A stretch of DNA of 41,492 bases from Candidatus Enterousia excrementavium (GCA_017694175.1 JADINE010000028.1:1-41492), one strand, 5' to 3'. Shown: positions 12,629-22,312, counted from the first letter of the stretch. Notes: generated from the letters alone by a model not told the origin. Translations and numbers: made by a program.

Positions 12629-13414
12629 TTTTGCACGCACATGATTTTTCAAAAAGTTTTCCCGGTTTGCACGCTTTGGAATAAACAAACTTATAAATTT
12701 GCCCACCATATATGGCCATTCAAAATGCTTTTTGCCATGGTTATGGTTGCTGTTGTGCACTAATGAAAAATCGCCGTTGTGAAAATGTATGCACGGGGTG
12801 TCGTATAAATACGTTATTGGCACATGGTGCAACCAACATGCATAGTTAAACGATAATTGATCGCGACGTGAATAATTTTCAATCATATTCCACCAAGTAC
12901 GCAAAGCATCTGACATACGATTATGTTGGCGGAACATGATATTATTTTCTGTCAACCCGAAATGTTGCGGATATTTTTCTTGTTTTAACAAATTCATTTC
13001 AGCATCAACCAGTTCCGGATTATCATATCCCAGAATTTTAATTGCTTCTGCTTCGTCGTATGCACAGTCCCGCTGGGGATGTTTTGGCGCAGCCAGCACA
13101 ACATCTTTGGTCATATATGAATCCGCCATTTGAAAAATATGATTATTGTTTATGGTAATGTTGCCATCAACCCACAAACTGGCATCGTAATCAGGAAACA
13201 ATAAATCTGCATTTACCTTGTGCCAACGCGAATTACGAATATTATCCAATTTATCAAACGCCAGCGGGCGAATTTGCCAATGCCCAACACGACCCTGGGC
13301 AATTAATTCGGGATTGTCTGTAAAATAAACATAATCCCATCCCTCGGCGATATATTTGTGCAAGTTAATGTTATCATACCCACCTGTAACACAAGAATAT
13401 ACAACGCGTTTCAT
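12626..13414 (-). CDS. Glycosyltransferase-like protein (DUF616 / TOD1-MUCI70-like)
   Basis: N-terminus MKRVVYSCVTGGYDNI and ...YFTDNPE resemble the DUF616 family signature, from memory. There is no signal peptide. Confidence 0.5.
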   Translation of the reverse strand: MKRVVYSCVTGGYDNINLHKYIAEGWDYVYFTDNPELIAQGRVGHWQIRPLAFDKLDNIRNSRWHKVNADLLFPDYDASLWVDGNITINNNHIFQMADSYMTKDVVLAAPKHPQRDCAYDEAEAIKILGYDNPELVDAEMNLLKQEKYPQHFGLTENNIMFRQHNRMSDALRTWWNMIENYSRRDQLSFNYACWLHHVPITYLYDTPCIHFHNGDFSLVHNSNHNHGKKHFEWPYMVGKFISLFIPKRANRENFLKNHVRAK

Positions 13415-13490
13415 TGTCGACCTTTGTTATTTGATTATTATGATAATAATCATATCATGGTCGCAAGTGGGTGCAACATGTTTTTTGGAA

Positions 13491-13524
13491 AATAAAAAGC
13501 GCCCCTTTTGGGGCACTTTTTTTA
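13491..13524 (-). terminator. Intrinsic terminator downstream of the small membrane protein gene
   Basis: GCCCC-TTTT-GGGGC hairpin flanked by A- and T-runs on both sides. Confidence 0.6.
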
Positions 13525-13537
13525 TATTACACCAAAG

Positions 13538-13813
13538 TTATTTTTTAGATGACTTTTTGGTGGCTGTTTTTTTCACAGATGTCTTTTTTGCAGTAACCGT
13601 TGCAACAGACTTTTTGCCTGAAAAAGCCTTTTTAAATTCATAATACAACGCCATAATGCATATAAACGCAATCAGCGCGCTAAGGGCGGCCACGATGCCA
13701 TTTATAACCCCATCTGAAAAATATACAAAAAAGATAATGGCAATAATTAAAATAATGGTATATGCCAAATTTTTCCCAAAAACAGCCATAATTTTATCAA
13801 AAGTTTTGCTCAT
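13538..13813 (-). CDS. Small two-TM membrane protein with a lysine-rich C-terminal tail
   Basis: Starts MSKTFDKIMAVFG. Two hydrophobic helices. The tail is KKSVATVTAKKTSVKKTATKKSSKK. I recognise no family. Confidence 0.45.
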   Translation of the reverse strand: MSKTFDKIMAVFGKNLAYTIILIIAIIFFVYFSDGVINGIVAALSALIAFICIMALYYEFKKAFSGKKSVATVTAKKTSVKKTATKKSSKK

Positions 13814-13869
13814 GTAATCCCCCCACGTTTGGATGAACATATTATATCATATTTTTAATAAAAAATCCA

Positions 13870-13899
13870 CAAAAAACGGTTGCGTAAAAACGCAACCGT
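13870..13899 (-). terminator. Intrinsic terminator downstream of the 13921-14691 gene
   Basis: 9-bp stem ACGGTTGCG/CGCAACCGT, followed on the minus strand by a T-run. Confidence 0.75.
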
Positions 13900-13920
13900 A
13901 CACAGGGGAAACTGTAAGTT

Positions 13921-14691
13921 TTATAAAATCACTTGGCCACCGATACGTGCATTGCTTGGAATTGGGCCAAACGAAGAATTCGGCGTTACATAGATGTTGC
14001 CTGTAACGGTGAATTCGCCTGCAAATTCCAACAGCCCCATATCGCGCAGGAACAAATTACCTTCGATTTGAATTCCGCGTGGTAAAACATATTTGCGCAT
14101 ATGTTGGATATACAGGTTCCCGCGCACTGTATCACCAGATTTTAACATGCTTGCAGCGCCACGACTGTCGATGATAACATCGCCGTACATAATGTTGCCA
14201 CTGCGCGCAGTTTGTTTTACGGCCACAACATCCACCTGAGGTTTTCCAACCTCGATTGGTGCGCCGATTAATTGACGGTTTTCGTCGCGTTTTAAAGGCA
14301 AAGGTTTTGCATGTGTCACGGTGCGACTGCGTACAACGCGATGTGAATTTTGTGCAGCATTATCAACGCGTGTAATTTCAGATTGATTATTTTTCGCGAT
14401 AATAACGACGGGCTTTTTATTGCAACCTATGAAATCCATAATCAACATAGAAAACAAAACAATAATTGCACACAGCAAAGTGATATTTACCAAGCCAATT
14501 AAATCGATGCTGCAAACCCAGCGCCAAAATGCGCGGGCACCACGTGCGATTGCACGAAATGGCACACAAATGGCGTTCCATACACGCGCCCAAAACGAAG
14601 TGCTGTTTGATTGTTTGCGGGCAGTGCGTTTTTTGTTATTGTGTCGATTTATACGACGTGCCGCTGTTTTCATTTTCAATGCCTTGAACAT
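13921..14691 (-). CDS. Hypothetical membrane-anchored protein with C-terminal beta-helix-like repeats
   Basis: Very basic N-terminus and one TM helix (LIGLVNITLLCAIIVLFSMLIM). The C-terminus has repeated GN[LI][YF][IL] units (GNLYIQ, GNLFLR, GNIYVT) that faintly recall bactofilin or polymer-forming repeats. Confidence 0.4.
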   Translation of the reverse strand: MFKALKMKTAARRINRHNNKKRTARKQSNSTSFWARVWNAICVPFRAIARGARAFWRWVCSIDLIGLVNITLLCAIIVLFSMLIMDFIGCNKKPVVIIAKNNQSEITRVDNAAQNSHRVVRSRTVTHAKPLPLKRDENRQLIGAPIEVGKPQVDVVAVKQTARSGNIMYGDVIIDSRGAASMLKSGDTVRGNLYIQHMRKYVLPRGIQIEGNLFLRDMGLLEFAGEFTVTGNIYVTPNSSFGPIPSNARIGGQVIL

Positions 14692-14740
14692 ATGGTCACC
14701 TTTTGTTAATTTCTAATACTATTATGAGCCTAAAAATATA

Positions 14741-14772
14741 TTTGTCAAGTGTTTTGTCAATATTTTTGTCAA
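14741..14772. repeat. Three direct TTTGTCAA repeats with 12-bp phasing in a divergent intergenic region
   Basis: TTTGTCAA occurs at 14741-48, 14753-60 and 14765-72. Confidence 0.8.
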
Positions 14773-14786
14773 TAATCAAGCGCTGT

Positions 14787-14815
14787 TTGACGTGTGTTTG
14801 CAAAAGCGATATGAT
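14787..14815 (+). promoter_or_regulatory. Candidate sigma70 promoter, possibly giving a leaderless mRNA for the hydrolase gene
   Basis: TTGACG (14787-92), a 17-nt spacer, then TATGAT (14810-15). The ATG at 14822 lies 6 nt after the -10 and has no Shine-Dalgarno sequence. Confidence 0.35.
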
Positions 14816-14821
14816 AAACAC

Positions 14822-15550
14822 ATGTTTCGGTTCAGGCTGCTTTTATTGCTTTTGTTAACAGGATGCGTATCAAATTGGCATGCGCCGGATGATTTTATTT
14901 ATATTCCGATACAAACTGATGCTTTTGAAATTGCGACATGGCAAAAAATATTGATGCCTGGCGCACCAACGCATATTTATATCGAAGGCGACGGTCATGC
15001 ATTTGACGGTCGTGGTGCACCGACGCGCAATCCAACGCCGCATGGTACATTTCTGCGTGATTTGGCAACCGCCGATGATGCGCCAAATGTGGTGTATATG
15101 GCACGCCCGTGCCAGTACATAAAGTCGCCAACATGTGACCAGGCAGATTGGACACATGGGCGCTTTTCGCCACGTGTGATTGATTCCATGGCCACGGCAA
15201 TTGAAAAAATCGTTGGGGCGGGGCCGGTTGTGCTGATTGGGTATTCGGGTGGGGCGTTGGTATCGGGACTGATAATTCAAAATCATCCGGAAATAAATGC
15301 GGAAAAATGGGTAACAATTGCCGGGGTTTTAAATCATCATGATTGGACGCAATATTTCGGCGACAGCCCGCTGAAAACCTCAATGAACTTGAACGAATTG
15401 CCGAACATTCCGCAAACTCATTATGTGGCAGAAAACGATAAAATCGTGCCATTATCTCTTTCCAAGCAGTGGACAGACGGTGAAAAACTTGTAATTATCC
15501 CGAATGCCACTCACGACGACTTTGGCCACTGGATTCCAGAATTTGACTAG
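14822..15550 (+). CDS. Alpha/beta-hydrolase-fold lipoprotein
   Basis: Lipobox LLLTGC after MFRFRLLLLLL. Nucleophile elbow GYSGG. A His lies near the C-terminus (NATHDDFGH). Confidence 0.6.
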   Translation: MFRFRLLLLLLLTGCVSNWHAPDDFIYIPIQTDAFEIATWQKILMPGAPTHIYIEGDGHAFDGRGAPTRNPTPHGTFLRDLATADDAPNVVYMARPCQYIKSPTCDQADWTHGRFSPRVIDSMATAIEKIVGAGPVVLIGYSGGALVSGLIIQNHPEINAEKWVTIAGVLNHHDWTQYFGDSPLKTSMNLNELPNIPQTHYVAENDKIVPLSLSKQWTDGEKLVIIPNATHDDFGHWIPEFD

Positions 15551-15619
15551 GGCGCCATTGACAAACTTTGCTTTCTGTACTATATAGCCTGGGGTATGAA
15601 AACAAAGGAATTTAATCGA

Positions 15620-16174
15620 ATGTCAGAAAAAGTAACAGAAGAACAGATAAAGCAAAGAATCGAGCAATTGGCAACCTTGGACGATGCGCAATGGGAATCG
15701 TTGTGCAAGGGGTGCGGTGTATGTTGTTTGTTGAAACATACGCGTCGCCAGGGAATATATTACGCATCGGTTGCGTGTAATCATTTGAACCTGGACACAA
15801 GGAAATGTGACACATATGAAACGCGCTTGAAACATCGTATGACTTGTAACAAAGTAAATGTGCCGGTGGTGTTGCGTTCTGGGTTGTTACCGAATTCGTG
15901 TGGCTATGTGGAGTATATTTATGGACCTGCGGACAAGCAGATAAAACCAGATTTCAAAAAAATCATACATGAACACGCGATGGTTGATACCAAAACCGAA
16001 CCGTCCGACGCATCTGTGGAACCGCGCCGCGCCAAAACATTGCCAGGCCCATGGGATTTTCTGATACCAGAATCGTTACAGTGGTGCACGCGTGCGGTTG
16101 AGTTGCGTGATAAATACGACAGATTTTGTAACGACGTGATTACACGTTGGGCAAAAAAACAAAATAACCGTTAA
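15620..16174 (+). CDS. YcgN-like (UPF0260) cysteine-cluster protein
   Basis: QWESLCKGCGVCCLLK ... VACNHLNLDTRKCDTYETR parallels E. coli YcgN (EWESLCDGCGQCCLHK...). Confidence 0.65.
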   Translation: MSEKVTEEQIKQRIEQLATLDDAQWESLCKGCGVCCLLKHTRRQGIYYASVACNHLNLDTRKCDTYETRLKHRMTCNKVNVPVVLRSGLLPNSCGYVEYIYGPADKQIKPDFKKIIHEHAMVDTKTEPSDASVEPRRAKTLPGPWDFLIPESLQWCTRAVELRDKYDRFCNDVITRWAKKQNNR

Positions 16175-16192
16175 TAAACATACAGGTTCTTT

Positions 16193-16222
16193 AAAAAAAA
16201 CGGGGCAAACGCCCCGTTTTTT
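16193..16222. terminator. Bidirectional terminator between the ycgN-like gene and groEL
   Basis: A-run, then hairpin CGGGGC-AAAC-GCCCCG, then T-run. Confidence 0.8.
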
Positions 16223-17837
16223 ACATCATTCCCGGCATACCACCGCCCATTGGCTGGGCAGGTTTTTCTTCTGGGATTTCAGACATCACTGCGCCCGTGG
16301 TAAGCAATACACCAGCTGTGCTGGCCGCCGCCTGGATAGCAGTTTTCACAACCTTGGCAGGGTCGATAATTCCAGATTTCATCATATCAACATATTCGCC
16401 GGTTTGCGCGTTGTAACCAAAATTGTAATCTTTGGATTCCATAATTTTGCCAACAACAATTTCGCCCGACACACCTGCGTTTTCAGCAATTTGTGCACAT
16501 GGCGCAACCAAGGCGCGCCGCACGATATCAATGCCGACATTTTGGTCAGTATTTGCACCGGTCAATTTTTCCAACGCAGCCGTTGCCCGAACCAACGCGA
16601 TTCCGCCGCCGGCCACAATTCCATCGGCCACAGCCGCACGTGTTGCCGCCAAAGCGTCATCTACGCGATCTTTCTTTTCTTTTACTTCCACTTCGGTCAT
16701 GCCGCCAACTTTGATAACAGCAACGCCGCCAACCAATTTAGCCAAACGTTCAGCCAATTTTTCGCGATCATAATCGCTTGTGCTGGTCGACATCAATTTA
16801 CGAATTTCATCAGCGCGGGCTTCTATGGCTTTTTTATCACCGGCGCCCTGGGCCAATAAAGTTGAATCTTTGCTTACAACAACTTTCTTTGCCGTGCCCA
16901 AAACATCAGGCGTAACATTTTCAAAAGTCATACCCATATCGTCAGAAATCACAGTCGCACCTGTGACAGCGGCGATATCTTTCAGCATTTCTTTGCGTCT
17001 GTCGCCGAATCCTGGGGCTTTTACTGCGCAAACTTTCAGTCCGCCACGCAGCTTGTTCAACACCAACGTTGCCAATGCTTCGGATTCAACATCTTCGGCA
17101 ATAATCAACAGCGGGCGCCCAGATTGCGCCACAGGTTCCAATATTGGTAACAAAGCTTGTAATCCTGTGATTTTCTTTTCAGAAACCAAAACCTGGGCAC
17201 CGTCCAACTCGGCCAACATTTTTTCGCTGTTGGTCACGAAATATGGCGACATGAAACCCTGGTCGAATTGCATACCTTCGACAACATCGATTTCTGTTTC
17301 CAAGCCTTTGGCTTCTTCAACAGTGATAACGCCTTCTTTGCCAACTTTTTCCATAGCACCGGCGATTTTTTCGCCGATTTCCGCGTCTGAATTAGCAGAA
17401 ATTGTTGCCACCTGGGCAATTTCAGCGCTGTCTTTTACCGGGCGGGCGTGTTTATCAATATCGGCCACAACTGCGGCTGTTGCCATATCAATTCCGCGTT
17501 TAATATCCATAGGATTCATCCCGGCTGCAATCACACGGCGGCCTTCGCGAATAATTTTTTGTGCCAACACGGTTGCAGTTGTTGTTCCATCGCCCGCATC
17601 ATCACCGGCTTTTTTTGCAACTTCTTGCACCATGCGTGCACCGATATTTTCCTGGGGATCCTTTAACGACACTGCTTTTGCAACAGTAACGCCGTCTTTT
17701 GTTGCAACGGGTGCACCATATGATTTATCGATTACAACGGTGCGCCCCTTTGGTCCCATAGTAATTTTAACGGCATTGGCCAATTTATCGACCCCAGCCG
17801 CCAATTTATCTGTATCAAAAACGATTTCTTTTGCCAT
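16221..17837 (-). CDS. groL: Chaperonin GroEL
   Basis: MAKEIVFD..., ATP site [10 protein letters not shown], and the C-terminal GGM-type tail ([10 protein letters not shown]). Confidence 0.98.
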   Translation of the reverse strand: MAKEIVFDTDKLAAGVDKLANAVKITMGPKGRTVVIDKSYGAPVATKDGVTVAKAVSLKDPQENIGARMVQEVAKKAGDDAGDGTTTATVLAQKIIREGRRVIAAGMNPMDIKRGIDMATAAVVADIDKHARPVKDSAEIAQVATISANSDAEIGEKIAGAMEKVGKEGVITVEEAKGLETEIDVVEGMQFDQGFMSPYFVTNSEKMLAELDGAQVLVSEKKITGLQALLPILEPVAQSGRPLLIIAEDVESEALATLVLNKLRGGLKVCAVKAPGFGDRRKEMLKDIAAVTGATVISDDMGMTFENVTPDVLGTAKKVVVSKDSTLLAQGAGDKKAIEARADEIRKLMSTSTSDYDREKLAERLAKLVGGVAVIKVGGMTEVEVKEKKDRVDDALAATRAAVADGIVAGGGIALVRATAALEKLTGANTDQNVGIDIVRRALVAPCAQIAENAGVSGEIVVGKIMESKDYNFGYNAQTGEYVDMMKSGIIDPAKVVKTAIQAAASTAGVLLTTGAVMSEIPEEKPAQPMGGGMPGMM

Positions 17838-17857
17838 GATTTATATCCTTTCGCTTT

Positions 17858-18151
17858 TTATTCCAAAATACCCAGAATATCTGTTTCTTTTACCAATACA
17901 TAATCTTTGCCATCAATTTTAACTTCGTTCGCAGACGCGGCCCATTTTGCAAACAATACCACATCGCCAACTTTCACAGTCAAAGGAACCCTGTCATCGC
18001 CATCAAATGCGCCATCGCCAACGGCAATAACCCGCCCGTGCGACGGTTTTTCTTTTGCATTATCAGGAATGATGATTCCACCAGCTGTTTTATTTTCTTC
18101 TTCGATACGTTCCAACAGAACATAGTTATGTAAAGGTTTGAATTTAACCAT
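17858..18151 (-). CDS. groS: Co-chaperonin GroES
   Basis: 97 aa. [26 protein letters not shown] is the mobile loop. It sits directly upstream of groEL. Confidence 0.97.
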   Translation of the reverse strand: MVKFKPLHNYVLLERIEEENKTAGGIIIPDNAKEKPSHGRVIAVGDGAFDGDDRVPLTVKVGDVVLFAKWAASANEVKIDGKDYVLVKETDILGILE

Positions 18152-18194
18152 AATTTAATTCTCCTTGTTATCTGTCGTCTTGCTTCTGGGGGTG

Positions 18195-18223
18195 AATATA
18201 GTGCGGCATTTTACGATTTCAAG
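18195..18223 (-). promoter_or_regulatory. Candidate sigma32 (RpoH)-type heat-shock promoter of groESL
   Basis: The minus strand reads CTTGAA, a 16-nt spacer, then CTATAT. This is close to the proteobacterial RpoH pattern CTTGAA / C(C/T)TATnT. An AAGGAG Shine-Dalgarno sequence follows, and there is no CIRCE inverted repeat. Confidence 0.45.
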
Positions 18224-18280
18224 TGCTTGATTTTGTTTCCCAAATGTAATACGCTGACCATAAAACCCAGGGGGTAAAAG

Positions 18281-18628
18281 ATGTATGATACCAGCAATAT
18301 ATTTGCAAAAATAATTCGTGGCGAGGCACCATCGACCAAAATTTACGAAGATGATTTCGCATTGTCATTTCAAAACATTGCGCCACGCGCAAAAACGCAC
18401 GTTTTGGTTGTGCCAAAGGGCGAATATACAGACATTTATGATTTCACTGCCCATGCACCGGCTGAATTACAGGCGGGTTTCTGGGCGGCTGTGCGTAAAA
18501 CGGTGGATATATTGGGACTGGGCGACAATTTTCGCGCTGTTGCAAATACGGGCCCGGGCGCCGGTCAAAGTGTATTCCATTTCCACATACATATTATGAG
18601 TGATGAACGATTCAAAACGGATTTTTAA
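18281..18628 (+). CDS. HIT-family (histidine triad) nucleotide hydrolase
   Basis: Histidine triad HFHIHIM. N-terminal IFAKIIRGE.P. Confidence 0.88.
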   Translation: MYDTSNIFAKIIRGEAPSTKIYEDDFALSFQNIAPRAKTHVLVVPKGEYTDIYDFTAHAPAELQAGFWAAVRKTVDILGLGDNFRAVANTGPGAGQSVFHFHIHIMSDERFKTDF

Positions 18629-18833
18629 CGTTCGTGTAATACCGCGCGCCCGCCGAAATGAAATAACGGTTGATGAAAATGGTACTTTGCGGGTGCATAC
18701 AACCGCGGCCCCGGCTGATGGGGCCGCGAACGTGGCGGTAATAAAAATGCTGGCTGAATACTTTCATGTACCCAAAACCAGCCTGGAAATCATACGTGGT
18801 GCCACATCCCGTGACAAAGTTATTCGGATTTAA
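18600..18833 (+). CDS. DUF167 (YggU) family protein
   Basis: RVIPRARRNEI...AAPADGAANVAVIKMLAEYF...LEIIRGATSRDKVIRI matches the YggU pattern. It overlaps the HIT gene end by 29 nt. Confidence 0.75.
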   Translation: MMNDSKRIFNVRVIPRARRNEITVDENGTLRVHTTAAPADGAANVAVIKMLAEYFHVPKTSLEIIRGATSRDKVIRI

Positions 18834-19387
18834 TTTTCGTATTTCAAAATACGTTTAATCAAATCGTCAACAGTATTTGCGCCATGAATGTTATAATCGT
18901 GAATAGTTTCTATAAAGCCTGATTTTTGCATATGAATAAACAGACGTACAAACGGAATCCAAAAACCAGCAGTATTCAGAAAAAACAAAGGCTTTTTCGA
19001 TTCCCCAATCTGTTGCATGGTCATAATATCGGTCAGCTCGTTCAATGTGCCAATACCCCCAGGCAAAATAATGAAAGCGTCTGACAACTCAAACATTTTC
19101 TGTTTGCGTTCATTAACCCCATCGACAACAGTCACTTCAACACCACTGTGCACAGGTTCCTGTTTTTCAATCACATTATTGGTGGAAACGCCAATAACGT
19201 GCCCGCCTGCATCCAACGCCGCCGTTGCAACAGTGCCCATCAGCCCAACGTTTCCGCCGCCAAAAACCATACGAATTTTATTTCTTCCCAAAAACTCGCC
19301 AATTGCCGCAGCGTCCACGGCAAACCGAGAATCAGTACCAAATTGATGCCCACAATATACAGCAATAGATTTTAATTTCCCTGACAT
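18830..19387 (-). CDS. LOG-family (TIGR00730) nucleotide phosphoribohydrolase
   Basis: GGGNVGLMG and PGGIGTLNE motifs. Confidence 0.85.
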   Translation of the reverse strand: MSGKLKSIAVYCGHQFGTDSRFAVDAAAIGEFLGRNKIRMVFGGGNVGLMGTVATAALDAGGHVIGVSTNNVIEKQEPVHSGVEVTVVDGVNERKQKMFELSDAFIILPGGIGTLNELTDIMTMQQIGESKKPLFFLNTAGFWIPFVRLFIHMQKSGFIETIHDYNIHGANTVDDLIKRILKYEN

Positions 19388-19437
19388 AACTTAATTTTCC
19401 TTTATTTTTGCAAATTATATCATAAAATGCCGATGTT

Positions 19438-20442
19438 ATGAATCAAAAGTTTTTGGATTTTATGCAAGATTACAAAGATTCGCGCCTTGCGGTGGCGGTA
19501 AGTGGTGGCGTGGATTCTGTGTGTTTATTGCATTGGTTGGCGTCGATTGGTGCTAATGTTACGTGTTTGCACGTAAACCACGGATTGCGCGCGAATGCAG
19601 AAACAGAAACACAATACGTGCGTGATTTATGTAAAAAATTATCTGTGAAATGCGAAATTTTTTATTGGACTGGTGACAAGCCCTCCAATGGTATAGAGGC
19701 AGCCGCCCGCACCGCCCGATATAAATTTATGACAGATTTTTGTCGTAAAAATAACCTGGATGCATTATTGACTGCGCATCAGTCTGATGATCAAATCGAA
19801 ACATTTTTGATGAACTTGGCGCGGGGCAGTGGGCTGTATGGTTTGGCGGCAATGCGGCGTGTTACATGGCGCGATGGGGTAAAGATAGTGCGCCCATTAC
19901 TGGATGTGCCGCGTGCCGAGTTAAAAAAATATTGCGATGATAACGGAATTAAATATTTTATGGATGAAATGAACGAAGACAGCCATTATACCCGTGTGCG
20001 TATTCGACAAAACAGGCATTTGTTATCTGAAAAATTGGGCATAAGTGATACACGAATTTTATTGGCGATTGAAAACCTGGGGCGGGTACGCGATGCGTTG
20101 GATGAAAAAATCGCGGATATGGTGGCATTTGTTACCGATGGCGCGCGCGCAACATTTGACGCATCTTTTCTGTTTGACCTGGCCCCGGATATTAGGTTAA
20201 AGTTTCTGGGAACATCAATTCAAAAAATCGGGGGGAAAGAATATCAGCCGCGCTTGAATTCGTTATCAAATGCACTACGTAATCTGCAACACGATTGTAA
20301 ATTCACGTTGGGGCGTTGCACAATTCGGCGACTGGGACAGCGGATTTTAATCGTACCCGAAGGACAAAAAACAAGTTTCAGGACAAGACATGGAAAACAG
20401 AAATCAAATTCAAACCTTAGCAAATCGAACACAGAAAAATAA
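19438..20442 (+). CDS. tilS: tRNA(Ile)-lysidine synthase
   Basis: PP-loop VAVSGGVDS, and HQSDDQIETFLMNLARG. Confidence 0.88.
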   Translation: MNQKFLDFMQDYKDSRLAVAVSGGVDSVCLLHWLASIGANVTCLHVNHGLRANAETETQYVRDLCKKLSVKCEIFYWTGDKPSNGIEAAARTARYKFMTDFCRKNNLDALLTAHQSDDQIETFLMNLARGSGLYGLAAMRRVTWRDGVKIVRPLLDVPRAELKKYCDDNGIKYFMDEMNEDSHYTRVRIRQNRHLLSEKLGISDTRILLAIENLGRVRDALDEKIADMVAFVTDGARATFDASFLFDLAPDIRLKFLGTSIQKIGGKEYQPRLNSLSNALRNLQHDCKFTLGRCTIRRLGQRILIVPEGQKTSFRTRHGKQKSNSNLSKSNTEK

Positions 20443-22312
20443 AACCTCGCGTCGTGGTGGCGGGAATATTTTCCTTGTAATATTTTTGGCGCTGTTTGCT
20501 GCATTGATTGCGCGTTCATTTACGGGATCAATTTGGGCGCCCAAAACATTAGTAAATGGCCAACCTGCGCCCGCGCCAATTGAACTGACTTTTTCTGATG
20601 TTTTAAATCGTGCGTCTGAAATAAAGACAATGAACGTCCGTGAAACAAATGCCACGGGCACATTGACTGATGGCACACCGTTTACAGCAACGATAACCTA
20701 TGATCCTGAATTATTAAGCCAAATTGCTGAAAACGGCGCAGAAATATCAATTGACGCATCAAAAACGTGGGTTGATTATTTGGGAACATGGGTTCCGATT
20801 TTGATGGGGCTGTTCTTTATCTGGTGGATTTTCCGTGGATTCAAAGGTGGCGCCGCGGGTCTAAGCCGCAGTTTAGCACAACAAAACCCAACCAAAATTA
20901 CAACTGGGAAAACGAAAACAACATTCAAAGATGTCGCCGGCATAGATTCTGAAAAACAGGAATTAATGGAAATAGTAGATTTCTTGAAAGACGGCAAAAA
21001 ATTCCGTGATGTTGGCGCACGTGTGCCGCGCGGCATATTGCTGTCGGGTGAACCCGGTACAGGTAAAACATTATTGGCGCGTGCAATCGCAGGCGAAGCG
21101 AACGTGCCGTTCTTTGCCGCATCGGGCAGTGATTTTTCCGGCATTATTGTTGGGCTGGGCGTGGCCAAGATAAAAGAAATATTTGATATGGCAAAGCGCA
21201 ACGCGCCGTGCATATTGTTTATTGATGAAATTGACGCAATCGGCCAACGCCGCAGCACAAGTTCATATAATGACCAGGATCGCGAGCAAACATTAAATCA
21301 ATTACTGATTGAAATGGACGGGTTCGCAAACGATACAGGCATCATAGTTATCGGTGCAACCAATCGTGCCGATATGCTGGATCCTGCGCTGTTGCGCCCG
21401 GGGCGTTTCGATCGCCAGGTGTATATTGAATTACCTGATTTGTCCGGTCGCCGTGAAATTCTGGATTTATACGCAAAGAAAGTAAAAGTTTCCGACGATG
21501 TGAATTTGCAAGATTTAGCTCGTGGTACGACTGGTTTTTCCGGCGCAGATTTGGAAAATTTGTTGAACGAAGCCGCGTTGCACGCTGTTCGCAACGGCCG
21601 CAAAGAAATTTCGGCTGTTGACGTAGAAGAAGCGCGCGACAAAATCCTTATGGGGCCGCGTAAAGTTCGTAAAATGCGTCCCGAAGATATCAAACTGACC
21701 GCCTATCACGAGGCCGGCCATGCTTTCGTAAGCATGATGTATTCTGATATTACCGACCCAATTCACAAAGCCACCATTATCCCTCGTGGGCGTGCGCTGG
21801 GTATGGTGCAACATTTGCCGATCGACGACAAAGTTTCAATGACAATTGCCGAAGTGCGCGCAAATCTGGCGATTGCGTTGGCGGGGCGCAGTGCCGAAGA
21901 AGTGTTTTTTGGTGCTGATAAAATCACCACTGGCGCAGAAAGCGATATCGCAATGGCCACGCGTTTGGCGCGCTATTCGATTACTACGGCGGGGCTGTCG
22001 GATAAAGTTGGTTTGGCGGCCATTAACCAGGTTAATACTTTGGGAACACGCAGCGCATTGGAAAATGCGTCTGAAAAAACGGCCCAGATTGTTGACGCAG
22101 AAGTAAAAGAATGGTTGGATGCGGCGCATGCAGACGCAACACGCTTGTTGTCAAAAAACAAAGACACGGTTCAAAAATTGGCCGAAGAATTGTTGGCGCG
22201 CGAAACATTGACTGGCGATGAAATTCGCAAAATTGTGAATGGCAAAGCGCCCGCAAAAAAATCTGCAAAAAAATCAACCGGCAAAAAGGTCAAACAAGAT
22301 GCCGCAAAATAA
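20390..22312 (+). CDS. ftsH: ATP-dependent zinc metalloprotease FtsH
   Basis: Two TM helices. Walker A GEPGTGKT, Walker B ILFIDEIDA, SRH region. Zinc site HEAGHA. The annotated start overlaps the tilS end, so the true start is uncertain. Confidence 0.95.
   Translation: MENRNQIQTLANRTQKNKTSRRGGGNIFLVIFLALFAALIARSFTGSIWAPKTLVNGQPAPAPIELTFSDVLNRASEIKTMNVRETNATGTLTDGTPFTATITYDPELLSQIAENGAEISIDASKTWVDYLGTWVPILMGLFFIWWIFRGFKGGAAGLSRSLAQQNPTKITTGKTKTTFKDVAGIDSEKQELMEIVDFLKDGKKFRDVGARVPRGILLSGEPGTGKTLLARAIAGEANVPFFAASGSDFSGIIVGLGVAKIKEIFDMAKRNAPCILFIDEIDAIGQRRSTSSYNDQDREQTLNQLLIEMDGFANDTGIIVIGATNRADMLDPALLRPGRFDRQVYIELPDLSGRREILDLYAKKVKVSDDVNLQDLARGTTGFSGADLENLLNEAALHAVRNGRKEISAVDVEEARDKILMGPRKVRKMRPEDIKLTAYHEAGHAFVSMMYSDITDPIHKATIIPRGRALGMVQHLPIDDKVSMTIAEVRANLAIALAGRSAEEVFFGADKITTGAESDIAMATRLARYSITTAGLSDKVGLAAINQVNTLGTRSALENASEKTAQIVDAEVKEWLDAAHADATRLLSKNKDTVQKLAEELLARETLTGDEIRKIVNGKAPAKKSAKKSTGKKVKQDAAK

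Noticed and set aside
16780-17922. 380-aa ORF on the plus strand covering most of groEL and part of groES
   Set aside because: It is antisense to two unmistakable chaperonin genes. The translation is low-complexity (Ser/Ala/Thr/Ile-rich) with no recognisable motifs. This is a typical shadow ORF.
18188-18200. 13-nt identity (GGGGGTGAATATA) between the groES/HIT intergenic region and leader B (35953-35965)
   Set aside because: The flanking sequence lacks the P1 helix, the AATAAGC and TAGnTGTAGT blocks and the terminator. The match overlaps the putative -10 of the groESL promoter on the other strand. It is most likely chance or a shared promoter-like sequence.
18152-18280. CIRCE (HrcA operator) upstream of groES
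   Set aside because: No inverted repeat resembling TTAGCACTC-N9-GAGTGCTAA is present on either strand.
20390-20442. 53-nt overlap of tilS and ftsH as a possible programmed feature
   Set aside because: It is more simply explained by uncertainty about the ftsH start codon. There is no slippery sequence or obvious structure.
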